From an uncultured Collinsella sp. (GTDB taxonomy: Bacteria > Actinomycetota > Coriobacteriia > Coriobacteriales > Coriobacteriaceae), in the NCBI GenBank assembly GCA_902470065.1, contig CABRFA010000005.1, positions 1,566 to 65,565 on the forward strand: a DNA stretch of 64,000 nucleotides. The letters run 5' to 3'. Below, piece by piece: positions 55,959 to 64,000 of the stretch (position 1 is the stretch's first letter; each line of letters opens with the position of its first letter). Below the pieces are notes generated by a model. It searched no databases and had not been told where the DNA came from. It worked only from the letters and a program-made list of their open reading frames with translations. Made by a program: the position numbers and the translations under genes.

Positions 55959-56027
55959 AAGTTGCGGTGGAATAGGGGCTGTTTTGGAGGACTGGAGCCC
56001 CAAACAGTCCCTATTCCACCGCAACTT
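55959..56027. repeat. REP-like palindrome family A, solo copy 5
   Basis: 26-bp arms aagttgcggtggaataggggctgttt with one G-T pair. Confidence 0.9.
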
Positions 56028-56143
56028 ATGAGATGGGGCGGCGTGCTCTATTGGCTTGCACTCGTGGTGAGGTCGTGAGCTTGTAAAAGGTGTGCGTGCG
56101 CTTGCCGTTCGTATCTGCTATCATTCCTAGTCTGTGCGCTCAT

Positions 56144-56227
56144 GCGGGCGTGGCGGAATTGGTAGACGCGCCAGATTTAGGTTCTGGTGGGATTCCCGTG
56201 AAGGTTCGAGTCCTTTCGCCCGCACCA
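56144..56227 (+). tRNA. tRNA-Leu(TAG)
   Basis: Cloverleaf with variable arm; ccaga-tt-TAG-gt-tctgg; ACCA end. Confidence 0.95.
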
Positions 56228-56318
56228 ATGCACCTGCGTCGGCTCCCGCCGTCGCGACTCTTTGTTGCATAAAGGTACCAGCACCTCAGATAAGCTGGGC
56301 AGTATGAGGAGGAACGTG

Positions 56319-57617
56319 TTGAACATCACCGCTTCTGACGTCAAGGACGCCAAGCTCACCGCTACGGTCACCATCCCGGCCGCCGACGTCGACGCCGCGA
56401 TCAAGAAGGCCTACAAGGACACCGCCAAGAAGTACCGCTTCCCGGGCTTCCGCGCCGGCAAGGCTCCCCGTCCGGTCATCGACTCTGCTCTTGGCGCCGA
56501 GGCTACCCTCGCTCAGGCCACCAACGATCTGATCGCCGCCAACGAGCCCGTCGTCCTCAACGAGCTGGACATCGTCCCCACCAAGAACGGTGACTACAAG
56601 GAGCTCGACCTCGCCAAGGATCACGAGGACTACACCTACACCGTCGAGTTCTCCCTGCGTCCCGCCGCTGAGCTCTCCTCCTTCGACGCTGTCGAGATCG
56701 AGATGCCCCCTGCGGAGGTCACCGAGTCCGAGATCAACAACCAGGTCGAGATGCTCCTCAACTACCGTGCCACCTTCGAGGACGTCGAGGGTCGCGCCGT
56801 CGAGGCCGAGGACTACGTCACCGTCGACCTCAAGGCCGTCGAGAACGCCGACAACTTTGCCGCCGAGGGCCGCATGCTCATCGCCGGTAGCGACAGCAAC
56901 CCCAAGGAGTTCAACGAGGCTCTGATCGGCGCTAACGTTGACGACGTTAAGACCGTCACCTGGACCGACGAGGTCGAGGAGGGCGAGGAGGCCGAGACCC
57001 ACACCGTCGAGGTCACCGTCAAGGGCATCAAGGTCCGCAACACCCCCGAGCTCACCGACGAGCTCGTCAAGTCCGACTTTGGCTTCGACAGCATCGAGGC
57101 CATGCGCGACGCCATCAAGATCGAGATCGAGCAGGACAAGGCTTCTCGCCTCCCGGCCGAGAAGGAGAACCGTTGCGTCTCCGCTCTCGCCGAGCGCCTG
57201 CAGCTCGACGAGATGGATGCCGACTACGAGCAGTCCGTCTTTGAGGAGCTTGGCCAGAACTTCCTGTCCAACCTCGCTGCCCGCGGCATGACCCTGGACA
57301 CCTGGCTGCCCGCTTCCGGTCTGACCATGGAGCAGTTCATCGGCGACCTGCACAAGCAGGCCAACGACGTTGCCCGTGAGTCCCTGGCTCTGGACGCCCT
57401 CGCCCGTGAGCTCAAGATCGAGGTCACCGAGGACGACATCAACGCCGAGTTCGAGAAGGCTGGCGTCAAGGACGTCGAGGCTTCCAAGGCCGAGTTCATC
57501 GCCGATGGCCGTATGCCTGCTGTCCGCGAGTCCATCCGTCGCTCCAAGGCCGTCGACCACCTGGTTGAGAACGCCAAGGTGACCGAGGTCGACGAGACCG
57601 CCAAGGACGCCGAGTAA
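56319..57617 (+). CDS. tig: Trigger factor
   Basis: PGFRAGKAP ribosome-binding motif; upstream of clpPX; AGGAGG RBS before TTG (alternative GTG at 56316). Confidence 0.92.
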   Translation: MNITASDVKDAKLTATVTIPAADVDAAIKKAYKDTAKKYRFPGFRAGKAPRPVIDSALGAEATLAQATNDLIAANEPVVLNELDIVPTKNGDYKELDLAKDHEDYTYTVEFSLRPAAELSSFDAVEIEMPPAEVTESEINNQVEMLLNYRATFEDVEGRAVEAEDYVTVDLKAVENADNFAAEGRMLIAGSDSNPKEFNEALIGANVDDVKTVTWTDEVEEGEEAETHTVEVTVKGIKVRNTPELTDELVKSDFGFDSIEAMRDAIKIEIEQDKASRLPAEKENRCVSALAERLQLDEMDADYEQSVFEELGQNFLSNLAARGMTLDTWLPASGLTMEQFIGDLHKQANDVARESLALDALARELKIEVTEDDINAEFEKAGVKDVEASKAEFIADGRMPAVRESIRRSKAVDHLVENAKVTEVDETAKDAE

Positions 57618-57779
57618 TTCTCGCCACCTTGCCCGCGAGCGCATGGGTGCGCCCGTGATGGGGTAAAGTTATACACCGGTTATCCGGTTGCTTCGTACGG
57701 TGCCAGCCAATGCATAGCATGCGGGCACCGTACGTTTATCTAGAACCACTATTGGTCCGTAAGAGAAATGGAGATGCGT

Positions 57780-58400
57780 ATGATCGCCAAGTTCGATTCC
57801 GCCCTCGTGCCATACGTTATCGAGCAGACGCCGCGCGGCGAGCGCAGCTACGATATCTATTCGCGCCTGCTCAACGACCGCATCATTTTCTTGGGCGAGG
57901 AGATTAACTCCGTCAGCGCCAACCTGGTCGTTGCCCAGCTGCTGCATCTTGAGAGCCAGGATGCCGAGAAGGATATCTCGCTCTACATCAATTCGCCCGG
58001 TGGCGAGGTCTACTCCGGCCTGGCGATTCTGGACACCATGAACTTCATCAAGCCGCAGGTCTCCACCATCTGCGTCGGTATGGCCGCGTCCATGGCCGCT
58101 GTGCTGCTTTCGGCCGGCGCCAAGGGTAAGCGCTTCTGCCTGCCGCACTCCAAGGTCATGATTCACCAGCCCAGCGGCGGTGCCCAGGGTCAGCAGACCG
58201 AGATTGAGATCGTTGCCGAGGAGATCAAGAAGACTCGCCGCGAGCTCAACCAGATCCTGTCCGACGCCTCTGGCCAGCCTATCGAAAAGGTCCAGGCCGA
58301 TACCGAGCGCGACAACTACCTGACCGCTTCTGAGGCCCTCGACTACGGTCTGATCGACCGTATCGTCACCTCGCGCGATCTCGCCGCGAAGGACGCCTAG
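57780..58400 (+). CDS. clpP: ATP-dependent Clp protease proteolytic subunit
   Basis: [37 protein letters not shown]. Confidence 0.96.
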   Translation: MIAKFDSALVPYVIEQTPRGERSYDIYSRLLNDRIIFLGEEINSVSANLVVAQLLHLESQDAEKDISLYINSPGGEVYSGLAILDTMNFIKPQVSTICVGMAASMAAVLLSAGAKGKRFCLPHSKVMIHQPSGGAQGQQTEIEIVAEEIKKTRRELNQILSDASGQPIEKVQADTERDNYLTASEALDYGLIDRIVTSRDLAAKDA

Positions 58401-58401
58401 G

Positions 58402-59808
58402 ATGGCAGGTAACATGCAGGACAACTTTGACGAGAACGGCAACCCCATCCGCTGCTCCTTTTGCGGAAAAGAGCAGGGCCAGGTCCGTCGCCTCGTAAAG
58501 GGTCCGACCAACATCTTTATCTGTGACGAGTGCGTCGCCGCCTGCTCCGAGATCCTTGAGGAGTCGCTGGCTTCGGACTTTATGGACGCTGCCCGCAACG
58601 GCAAGCTGCCGGGCTTCCTCAACGACCACGGCCAGGCTGCATCCCAGCCCGCCGTGGACCCCGAGACCGAGGGCTTTGAGCTCGAGGACGACCGCCAGGT
58701 CATCACGCACGTGCCGACGCCGCACGAGATCTATGACGAGCTTTCGGCCTATGTTATGGGTCAGGAGGACGCCAAGCGCGCCATGTCGGTGGCCGTGTAC
58801 AACCACTATCGCCGCGTGATTGAGGGCGGCGCTGCGGTGTCTGCCTTTGATGACGACATGGGCTCGCAGTTCGACGACGATATGGACGAGGTAGAGCTCG
58901 CCAAGTCTAACATCCTGCTGCTCGGTCCCACCGGCACCGGCAAGACCCTGCTCGCTCAGACGCTCGCGCGCATCCTCGAGGTGCCGTTTGCCATCGCCGA
59001 TGCCACCGCGCTTACTGAGGCCGGTTACGTTGGCGAGGACGTGGAGAACATCCTGCTCAAGCTCATCAACGCCGCCGATGGCGACATTGAGCGCGCTCAG
59101 GTGGGCATTATCTACGTGGACGAGATCGACAAGATCGCCCGCAAGGCCGAGAACCTCTCCATCACCCGCGATGTTTCGGGCGAGGGCGTTCAGCAGGCGC
59201 TGCTTAAGATTCTCGAGGGCACGGTGGCTAGCGTTCCGCCCACCGGCGGCCGTAAACATCCCCAGCAGGAGCTGCTGCAGATTGACACGACCAACATCCT
59301 GTTTATCTGCGGCGGAGCCTTTGTGGGCCTGGACAAGATCATCGCCGACCGCGTGGGCAACAAGGGTGTGGGCTTTAACTCCGAGATTGCCGGCCCCACC
59401 TCGGTCGACGAGAACGACCTGCTGCGTCAGGTGCTCCCGCAGGACCTCAACGCCTTTGGCATGATTCCCGAGTTTGTGGGCCGTACGCCCGTTGTCACCC
59501 AGACGCAGGCGCTCGACGAGGACGACCTGGTGTCGATCCTGACTGAGCCCAAGAACGCCGTGGTGCGTCAGTACCGCAAGATGTTCCAGCTCGAGGACGT
59601 TGAGCTTGAGTTTGAGGATGCCGCCCTGCACGAGATCGCCCGCATGGCGCTCGCCCGCAAGACCGGCGCCCGCGGCCTGCGCTCCATCTGCGAGGACGTG
59701 CTGCAGCAGACGATGTTCGACCTCCCCAGCGAGGAGGGCGTTTCCAAGGTCGTCGTGACCGAAGCCTCCGTAAAGGGCGAAGAACAACCCCAGCGCATCT
59801 ACGGGTAA
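58402..59808 (+). CDS. clpX: ATP-dependent Clp protease ATP-binding subunit
   Basis: CSFCGK..ICDEC zinc finger, [26 protein letters not shown]. Confidence 0.96.
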   Translation: MAGNMQDNFDENGNPIRCSFCGKEQGQVRRLVKGPTNIFICDECVAACSEILEESLASDFMDAARNGKLPGFLNDHGQAASQPAVDPETEGFELEDDRQVITHVPTPHEIYDELSAYVMGQEDAKRAMSVAVYNHYRRVIEGGAAVSAFDDDMGSQFDDDMDEVELAKSNILLLGPTGTGKTLLAQTLARILEVPFAIADATALTEAGYVGEDVENILLKLINAADGDIERAQVGIIYVDEIDKIARKAENLSITRDVSGEGVQQALLKILEGTVASVPPTGGRKHPQQELLQIDTTNILFICGGAFVGLDKIIADRVGNKGVGFNSEIAGPTSVDENDLLRQVLPQDLNAFGMIPEFVGRTPVVTQTQALDEDDLVSILTEPKNAVVRQYRKMFQLEDVELEFEDAALHEIARMALARKTGARGLRSICEDVLQQTMFDLPSEEGVSKVVVTEASVKGEEQPQRIYG

Positions 59809-59820
59809 ATAGCTTGAATC

Positions 59821-59856
59821 CAGGCCCCGCGGCAACCACCGCGGGGCCTGCCATTT
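59821..59856 (+). terminator. clpX terminator
   Basis: caggccccgcgg-caacca-ccgcggggcctg. Confidence 0.7.
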
Positions 59857-59937
59857 AGGGACAGGTTTATTTTGGTCGGTTTTATATGGGCAAATGTCGT
59901 TTCCCCTGATAAAACCTACCAAAATAAACCTGTCCCT
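59857..59937. repeat. Long inverted repeat with gggacag ends (family D)
   Basis: agggacaggtttattttggt / accaaaataaacctgtccct, 20-bp perfect arms that extend imperfectly inward. Confidence 0.75.
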
Positions 59938-60012
59938 TTTCGGCAGGTATGCCTGTGCTATTCTGTGAGATTGTCAAGTTAGTACCTTCAGACTGAAGTA
60001 ATCGATACCTAA

Positions 60013-60125
60013 GGCGTGTCCGCCTGCTTGGTTTTCGTAGATTCCGCACGAGCCGAAGAGCACTTAATGTGCTCTTCGTGCGAGTCAGGACCTGACCGAG
60101 CGAAAACCAAGCATGCGGACACGCC
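60013..60125. repeat. Nested hairpin element (family C) upstream of valS
   Basis: Outer ggcgtgtccgc.tgcttggttttcg / cgaaaaccaagca.gcggacacgcc; inner gaagagcac-ttaat-gtgctcttc. Confidence 0.75.
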
Positions 60126-60145
60126 GACGGGCAAGGGAGAGATAT

Positions 60146-62842
60146 ATGGAAGAGATGCCCAAGAACTACGATCCGTCGACCAACGAGCCGGCGATCCTGC
60201 AGAAGTGGCTCGACGGCGGCTACTACAAGCGCCGTGAGGGCGTGGGCGACTGCACCGTCACCATTCCGCCTCCCAACGTGACCGGCAAGCTCCACATGGG
60301 TCACGCCACCGACGACTCCATCCAGGACGCCATCATCCGTATGGCCCGCATGCGCGGCAAGTCCACGCGTTGGGTGCTGGGTACCGACCACGCCGGTATC
60401 GCCACGCAGACTAAGGTCGACAAGAAGCTCAAGAGTGAGGGCATCAGCCGCCTGGAGATCGGTCGCGACAAGTTTGTCGACGCCTGCTGGGATTGGACCC
60501 ACGAGTACGGCGGCATCATCGTCGAGCAGATCAAGCGCATGGGTTGCTCCGTCGACTTCGACAACGAGCGCTTCACCATGGACGAGGATTACGCACAGGC
60601 CGTGCGCAAGGTCTTCTGCGATTGGTACCACGACGGCCTGATCTACCGTGGCAAGCGTATCGTTAACTGGTGCCCCAACTGCACCACCGCCATCTCGGAC
60701 GACGAGGCCGAATATAAGGACGAGAAGGGCCACCTGTGGCACCTGCGCTACCCGCTGACCGAGCCGGTCAACGGCCAGGATTACATCGTCGTTGCCACCA
60801 CGCGCCCCGAGACCATGCTCGGCGACACGGGCGTCGCTGTCTCCCCGAAGGACCCCGAGAAGGCCGCCTTTGTGGGTAAGACCGTCATGCTGCCGATCGT
60901 CAACCGCGAGATCCCCATCTTTGAGGATTGGCATGTCGACGCCAATTTCGGCTCTGGCTTCGTCAAGGTAACGCCTGCTCACGACCCCAACGACTACGCC
61001 ATGGGTCAGGCCCACGACCTGCCGCAGATCAACATCTTCGACGAGCACGCGGTGGTCGTCGAGGGCTACGGCGAGTTCACCGGCATGAACCGCGACGAGT
61101 GCCGCGAGGCCGTCATCAAGTGGTTCGAGGAGCACGACCTGCTCGATCACGTCGAGGACCTCGATCACTCCGTCATGCACTGCTACCGTTGCGACGCCGC
61201 ACTGGAGCCGTGGCTGTCTGAGCAGTGGTTCGTCGCCGTCGATAAGCTCAAGGGGCCGGCGCTCGACGCCGTCAACTCTGGCAAGGTCACCTTCCACCCC
61301 GCGCGTTGGACGCAGACCTACACCACCTGGATGGAGAACCTCAAGGACTGGTGTATCAGCCGCCAGCTGTGGTGGGGCCACCGCATCCCCGTGTTCTACT
61401 GCGAGGACTGCGGCTGGGAGGACGCCCTTACCGAGGACACCGATGTGTGCCCCAAGTGCGGCGGTCATCACGTGCACCAGGACGAGAACGTGTTGGACAC
61501 GTGGTTTAGCTCGCAGCTGTGGACTTTCGCCACGCAGGGCTGGCCGCAAAAGCCGGAGCTGCTCGAGGGGCATCACCCCACGACGGCGCTCGTCACCGCG
61601 CGCGACATCATCGCGCTGTGGGTTGCTCGCATGGTCATGAGCTCGCTGTACTTCCTGGACGAGGTGCCGTTTAAGGACGTCGTCATCTACCCGACGATTC
61701 TGGCCAAGGACGGCAGCCGCATGTCCAAGTCCAAGGGCAACGGCGTTGACCCCATGGACCTCATTGGCATGTACGGCGCCGACGCCATGCGCTACAACCT
61801 GCTTACGCTGTGCACCAACAACCAGGATGTTAAGTTCGACGCGAACATCGACAAGAAGACTAAGAAGCTTATCGACAGTCCACGTACCGAGCAGGCCAAG
61901 TCGTTTGTGACCAAGATCTGGAACGCCAGCCGCTTCCTGCTCATGAACATGGAGGGCTACACGCCCGGTGAGCCCGTCGTGGAGACGCCGGCCGACGCCT
62001 GGATGTTCAGCCGCCTGGCAAAGGCCGTGAAGATGGTCACCGAGGGCATCGAGAACTACACCTTTGGCGACATGGCCCGCGGTGTGCAGCAGTTCTTCTG
62101 GAACGAGGTCTGCGACTGGTACGTCGAGGTCACCAAGGCCCGCCTGAAGGGCGAGGGCCGTCTGCAGGCGCAGCGCAACCTGATTTTTGTGCTTGACACC
62201 TCCATTCGCCTGATGCACCCCCTTATGCCGTTTGTCACCGAGGAGATCTGGGATAACATGCCGGCGAGCGTGCTCGACCTGGACGCCGAGGGCAACGTGG
62301 ACCGCGCCGAGGCGCTCATGATCGCCAAGTGGCCGGAGCCCGCCGACTACGTCAAGTACGTCGACGAGCCCGCCGAGCGCGCGTTTGAGCTGTGCCGCAC
62401 CGTCGTTTCCGCCACCCGCGCCACGCGTTCGCGTTATCGCTTGAGCCCCAAGGCCGAGCTCGACGTGGTCGTGCGCGCCGGTGCCGAGGACATCGAGAAG
62501 CTCGAGAGCCTGCGCTCGACCATCGAGCCGCTGGCCAACACCGCCTCGCTGGTCATGGGTACCGACGTCGAGAAGCCGGCCGCGAGCATCGCCGTGGTCG
62601 ACAGCGGCGTCGAGGTCTTTGTGGTGCTCGAGGGCAAGGTCGACCTTTCGGCCGAGAAGGCGCGCCTGGAGAAGGAGATTGCCGCGGCCCAGAAGGAGCT
62701 CGCCGGTTGCGAGAAGACGCTCGCCAACGAGGGCTTTGTGGCCAAGGCCGCGCCTGCGGTGGTGCAGAAGAAGAGGGACCGTGCAGCTGAGCTCAAGGAG
62801 ATCCTGGCGGCACTGACTGCTCAGGTTGCTGACTTCTCGTAG
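60146..62842 (+). CDS. valS: Valine--tRNA ligase
   Basis: PPPNVTGKLHMGHA, DHAGIATQ, ATTRPET, WCISRQLWWGH, MSKSKGN and a C-terminal coiled coil. Confidence 0.96.
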   Translation: MEEMPKNYDPSTNEPAILQKWLDGGYYKRREGVGDCTVTIPPPNVTGKLHMGHATDDSIQDAIIRMARMRGKSTRWVLGTDHAGIATQTKVDKKLKSEGISRLEIGRDKFVDACWDWTHEYGGIIVEQIKRMGCSVDFDNERFTMDEDYAQAVRKVFCDWYHDGLIYRGKRIVNWCPNCTTAISDDEAEYKDEKGHLWHLRYPLTEPVNGQDYIVVATTRPETMLGDTGVAVSPKDPEKAAFVGKTVMLPIVNREIPIFEDWHVDANFGSGFVKVTPAHDPNDYAMGQAHDLPQINIFDEHAVVVEGYGEFTGMNRDECREAVIKWFEEHDLLDHVEDLDHSVMHCYRCDAALEPWLSEQWFVAVDKLKGPALDAVNSGKVTFHPARWTQTYTTWMENLKDWCISRQLWWGHRIPVFYCEDCGWEDALTEDTDVCPKCGGHHVHQDENVLDTWFSSQLWTFATQGWPQKPELLEGHHPTTALVTARDIIALWVARMVMSSLYFLDEVPFKDVVIYPTILAKDGSRMSKSKGNGVDPMDLIGMYGADAMRYNLLTLCTNNQDVKFDANIDKKTKKLIDSPRTEQAKSFVTKIWNASRFLLMNMEGYTPGEPVVETPADAWMFSRLAKAVKMVTEGIENYTFGDMARGVQQFFWNEVCDWYVEVTKARLKGEGRLQAQRNLIFVLDTSIRLMHPLMPFVTEEIWDNMPASVLDLDAEGNVDRAEALMIAKWPEPADYVKYVDEPAERAFELCRTVVSATRATRSRYRLSPKAELDVVVRAGAEDIEKLESLRSTIEPLANTASLVMGTDVEKPAASIAVVDSGVEVFVVLEGKVDLSAEKARLEKEIAAAQKELAGCEKTLANEGFVAKAAPAVVQKKRDRAAELKEILAALTAQVADFS

Positions 62843-62861
62843 GCCTAACTTGGGGGCGCGT

Positions 62862-62962
62862 CCCGATGCTTTGCTCTCCGCTGCGGACAGTCCTGCGCAA
62901 GACGGACAGCACATTAAGTGCTGTCCTTTGCGTGCGGAACTTGCGGCGAGCAAAGCGTCGGG
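62862..62962. repeat. Nested hairpin element (family C) downstream of valS, inverted orientation
   Basis: Outer cccgatgctttgctc / gagcaaagcgtcggg; inner ggacagcac-attaa-gtgctgtcc. Confidence 0.75.
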
Positions 62963-63122
62963 CCGCTCCTAGTTCGCTTACGTGGTTGTTTACAACTGGT
63001 AGGTTGGGGCCACTTGGTTGTGGCCTTGATCTCGCTGCAATCGGGTAAAGGCTGATATTGTCAACGCGAGGGGCTCATTCTTTTTGGTGGGCCTCTTTTT
63101 CTGTTATGGGGGACTTTGGGTT

Positions 63123-64000
63123 ATGGCTAAGCGTTCTGGGTCTTATGTCGTTCCGTTCTCGTTTGAGTTGCTTTCGCTTGATGAGGCTGTGGGGCTTGCT
63201 GCTGATACGGGACGGATTTCTGGGGATGCTGGTCCTCTGCTTGAGACGGTTGTCGATATGCTCGATGAGCTGGGGCGTCCGGACGAGTATTTCGATTGCA
63301 TTCAGGTTGCCGGTACTAATGGCAAGACTTCGACCACGCGTTTTTCGGCCGCCATCCTTCGCGGCGAGGGGCTCAAGACCGCGCTGTATACGTCACCGCA
63401 GCTGGTTCGCTACCCCGAGCGCATGGAGGTCGATGGACGCGTCGTGAGCGACGAGGCCTTTGCCCGTGGCGTTTCGGCCGCCGTCGAGGCGGGCCATCGT
63501 GTGAATGCTCGTCGTGTGGCGGCGGGGGAGCGCGCCTATGCCATCACGCCGTTTGACCTGCTGACGGCCGCTGCACTTGTCGTGTTTGCCGAGGCCGCGG
63601 TGGATGTTGCCGTGCTCGAGGTTGGCATGGGCGGTCGTTGGGACGCCACGAGTGCGACCGATCCCGTCGCCGTTGCCATTACGGGCATCGGGCTCGATCA
63701 CACACGTATTTTGGGCGACACGCTCGAGGCCATTGCGGGGGAGAAGGCTGCAGTTATCAAACCCGGGCGCTTGGTTGTTTTGGGCGAGGGTACGCACGAG
63801 GCGAGCGTTCAGCGCGTGATGGATGCCCGTTGCCGCGAGTGCGGCATAGTGCCGCTGGTGGTGAACCATGCCACGACCAAGGTGCCGGAGCACGTGGGCG
63901 ATACCGTGGAGTTTAGCTGCACCACGCCGCGTGCGATCTATACGTCGAGCATGGTCAAGCCGGCCTATCAGCCGCAGAATGCCGCGTGCGCGATTATGCT
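63123..64000 (+). CDS. folC: Folylpolyglutamate synthase/dihydrofolate synthase (5' part, runs off window)
   Basis: The frame from ATG 63123 gives IQVAGTNGKTST, YTSP, EVGMGGRWDATS, IGLDH..LG, EKA; valS-folC synteny. Confidence 0.92.
   Translation, partial: MAKRSGSYVVPFSFELLSLDEAVGLAADTGRISGDAGPLLETVVDMLDELGRPDEYFDCIQVAGTNGKTSTTRFSAAILRGEGLKTALYTSPQLVRYPERMEVDGRVVSDEAFARGVSAAVEAGHRVNARRVAAGERAYAITPFDLLTAAALVVFAEAAVDVAVLEVGMGGRWDATSATDPVAVAITGIGLDHTRILGDTLEAIAGEKAAVIKPGRLVVLGEGTHEASVQRVMDARCRECGIVPLVVNHATTKVPEHVGDTVEFSCTTPRAIYTSSMVKPAYQPQNAACAIM

Noticed and set aside
59940..60145. T-box riboswitch upstream of valS
   Set aside because: No AGGTGGTACCGCG-like T-box or antiterminator is seen; the structure instead matches a repeat that recurs downstream of valS.
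63058..63447. 129-aa ORF after valS
   Set aside because: It is an out-of-frame overlap with folC, which starts at 63123 and lacks a stop only because of the window edge.

Overview
This is a GC-rich chromosomal window from an anaerobic actinobacterium. The gene content and codon style suggest Coriobacteriia (Collinsella-like), which is an inference. Housekeeping genes sit at both ends: rpsA, rnpB, yigZ, metY and xpt on the left; gdhA, tRNA-Leu, tig-clpP-clpX, valS and folC on the right. Between them lies a ~46 kb molybdenum/selenium/formate metabolic block. It contains moeA-mog-modABC; an operon of two double-cubane-type (2-hydroxyacyl-CoA dehydratase family) reductases, an ATP-dependent activator, a GT4 glycosyltransferase, a selenocysteine-containing SelD, YedF, DUF3343 and a Cys/Sec lyase; a complete Hyf-type formate hydrogenlyase with a Sec-containing FdhF and FocA; an orphan Mo-bisPGD oxidoreductase followed by selA-selB-selC-mobA; and a xanthine dehydrogenase-family enzyme. 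Two in-frame UGA codons (selD U17, fdhF U140) split genes in the ORF track but are Sec codons followed by SECIS-like hairpins. The most notable candidates are (1) a glycosyltransferase translationally coupled to selD inside a low-potential reductase operon, a possible anaerobic selenosugar/selenometabolite pathway; (2) an AbiEi/DUF559-like nuclease gene bracketed by 38-bp perfect terminal inverted repeats built from a palindrome that also occurs as solo copies elsewhere in the window, a REPtron-like element with no transposase; (3) a divergent tRNA-Sec/SelB pair; and (4) several further families of structured intergenic repeats. All product calls come from motif recognition; no database searches were run.
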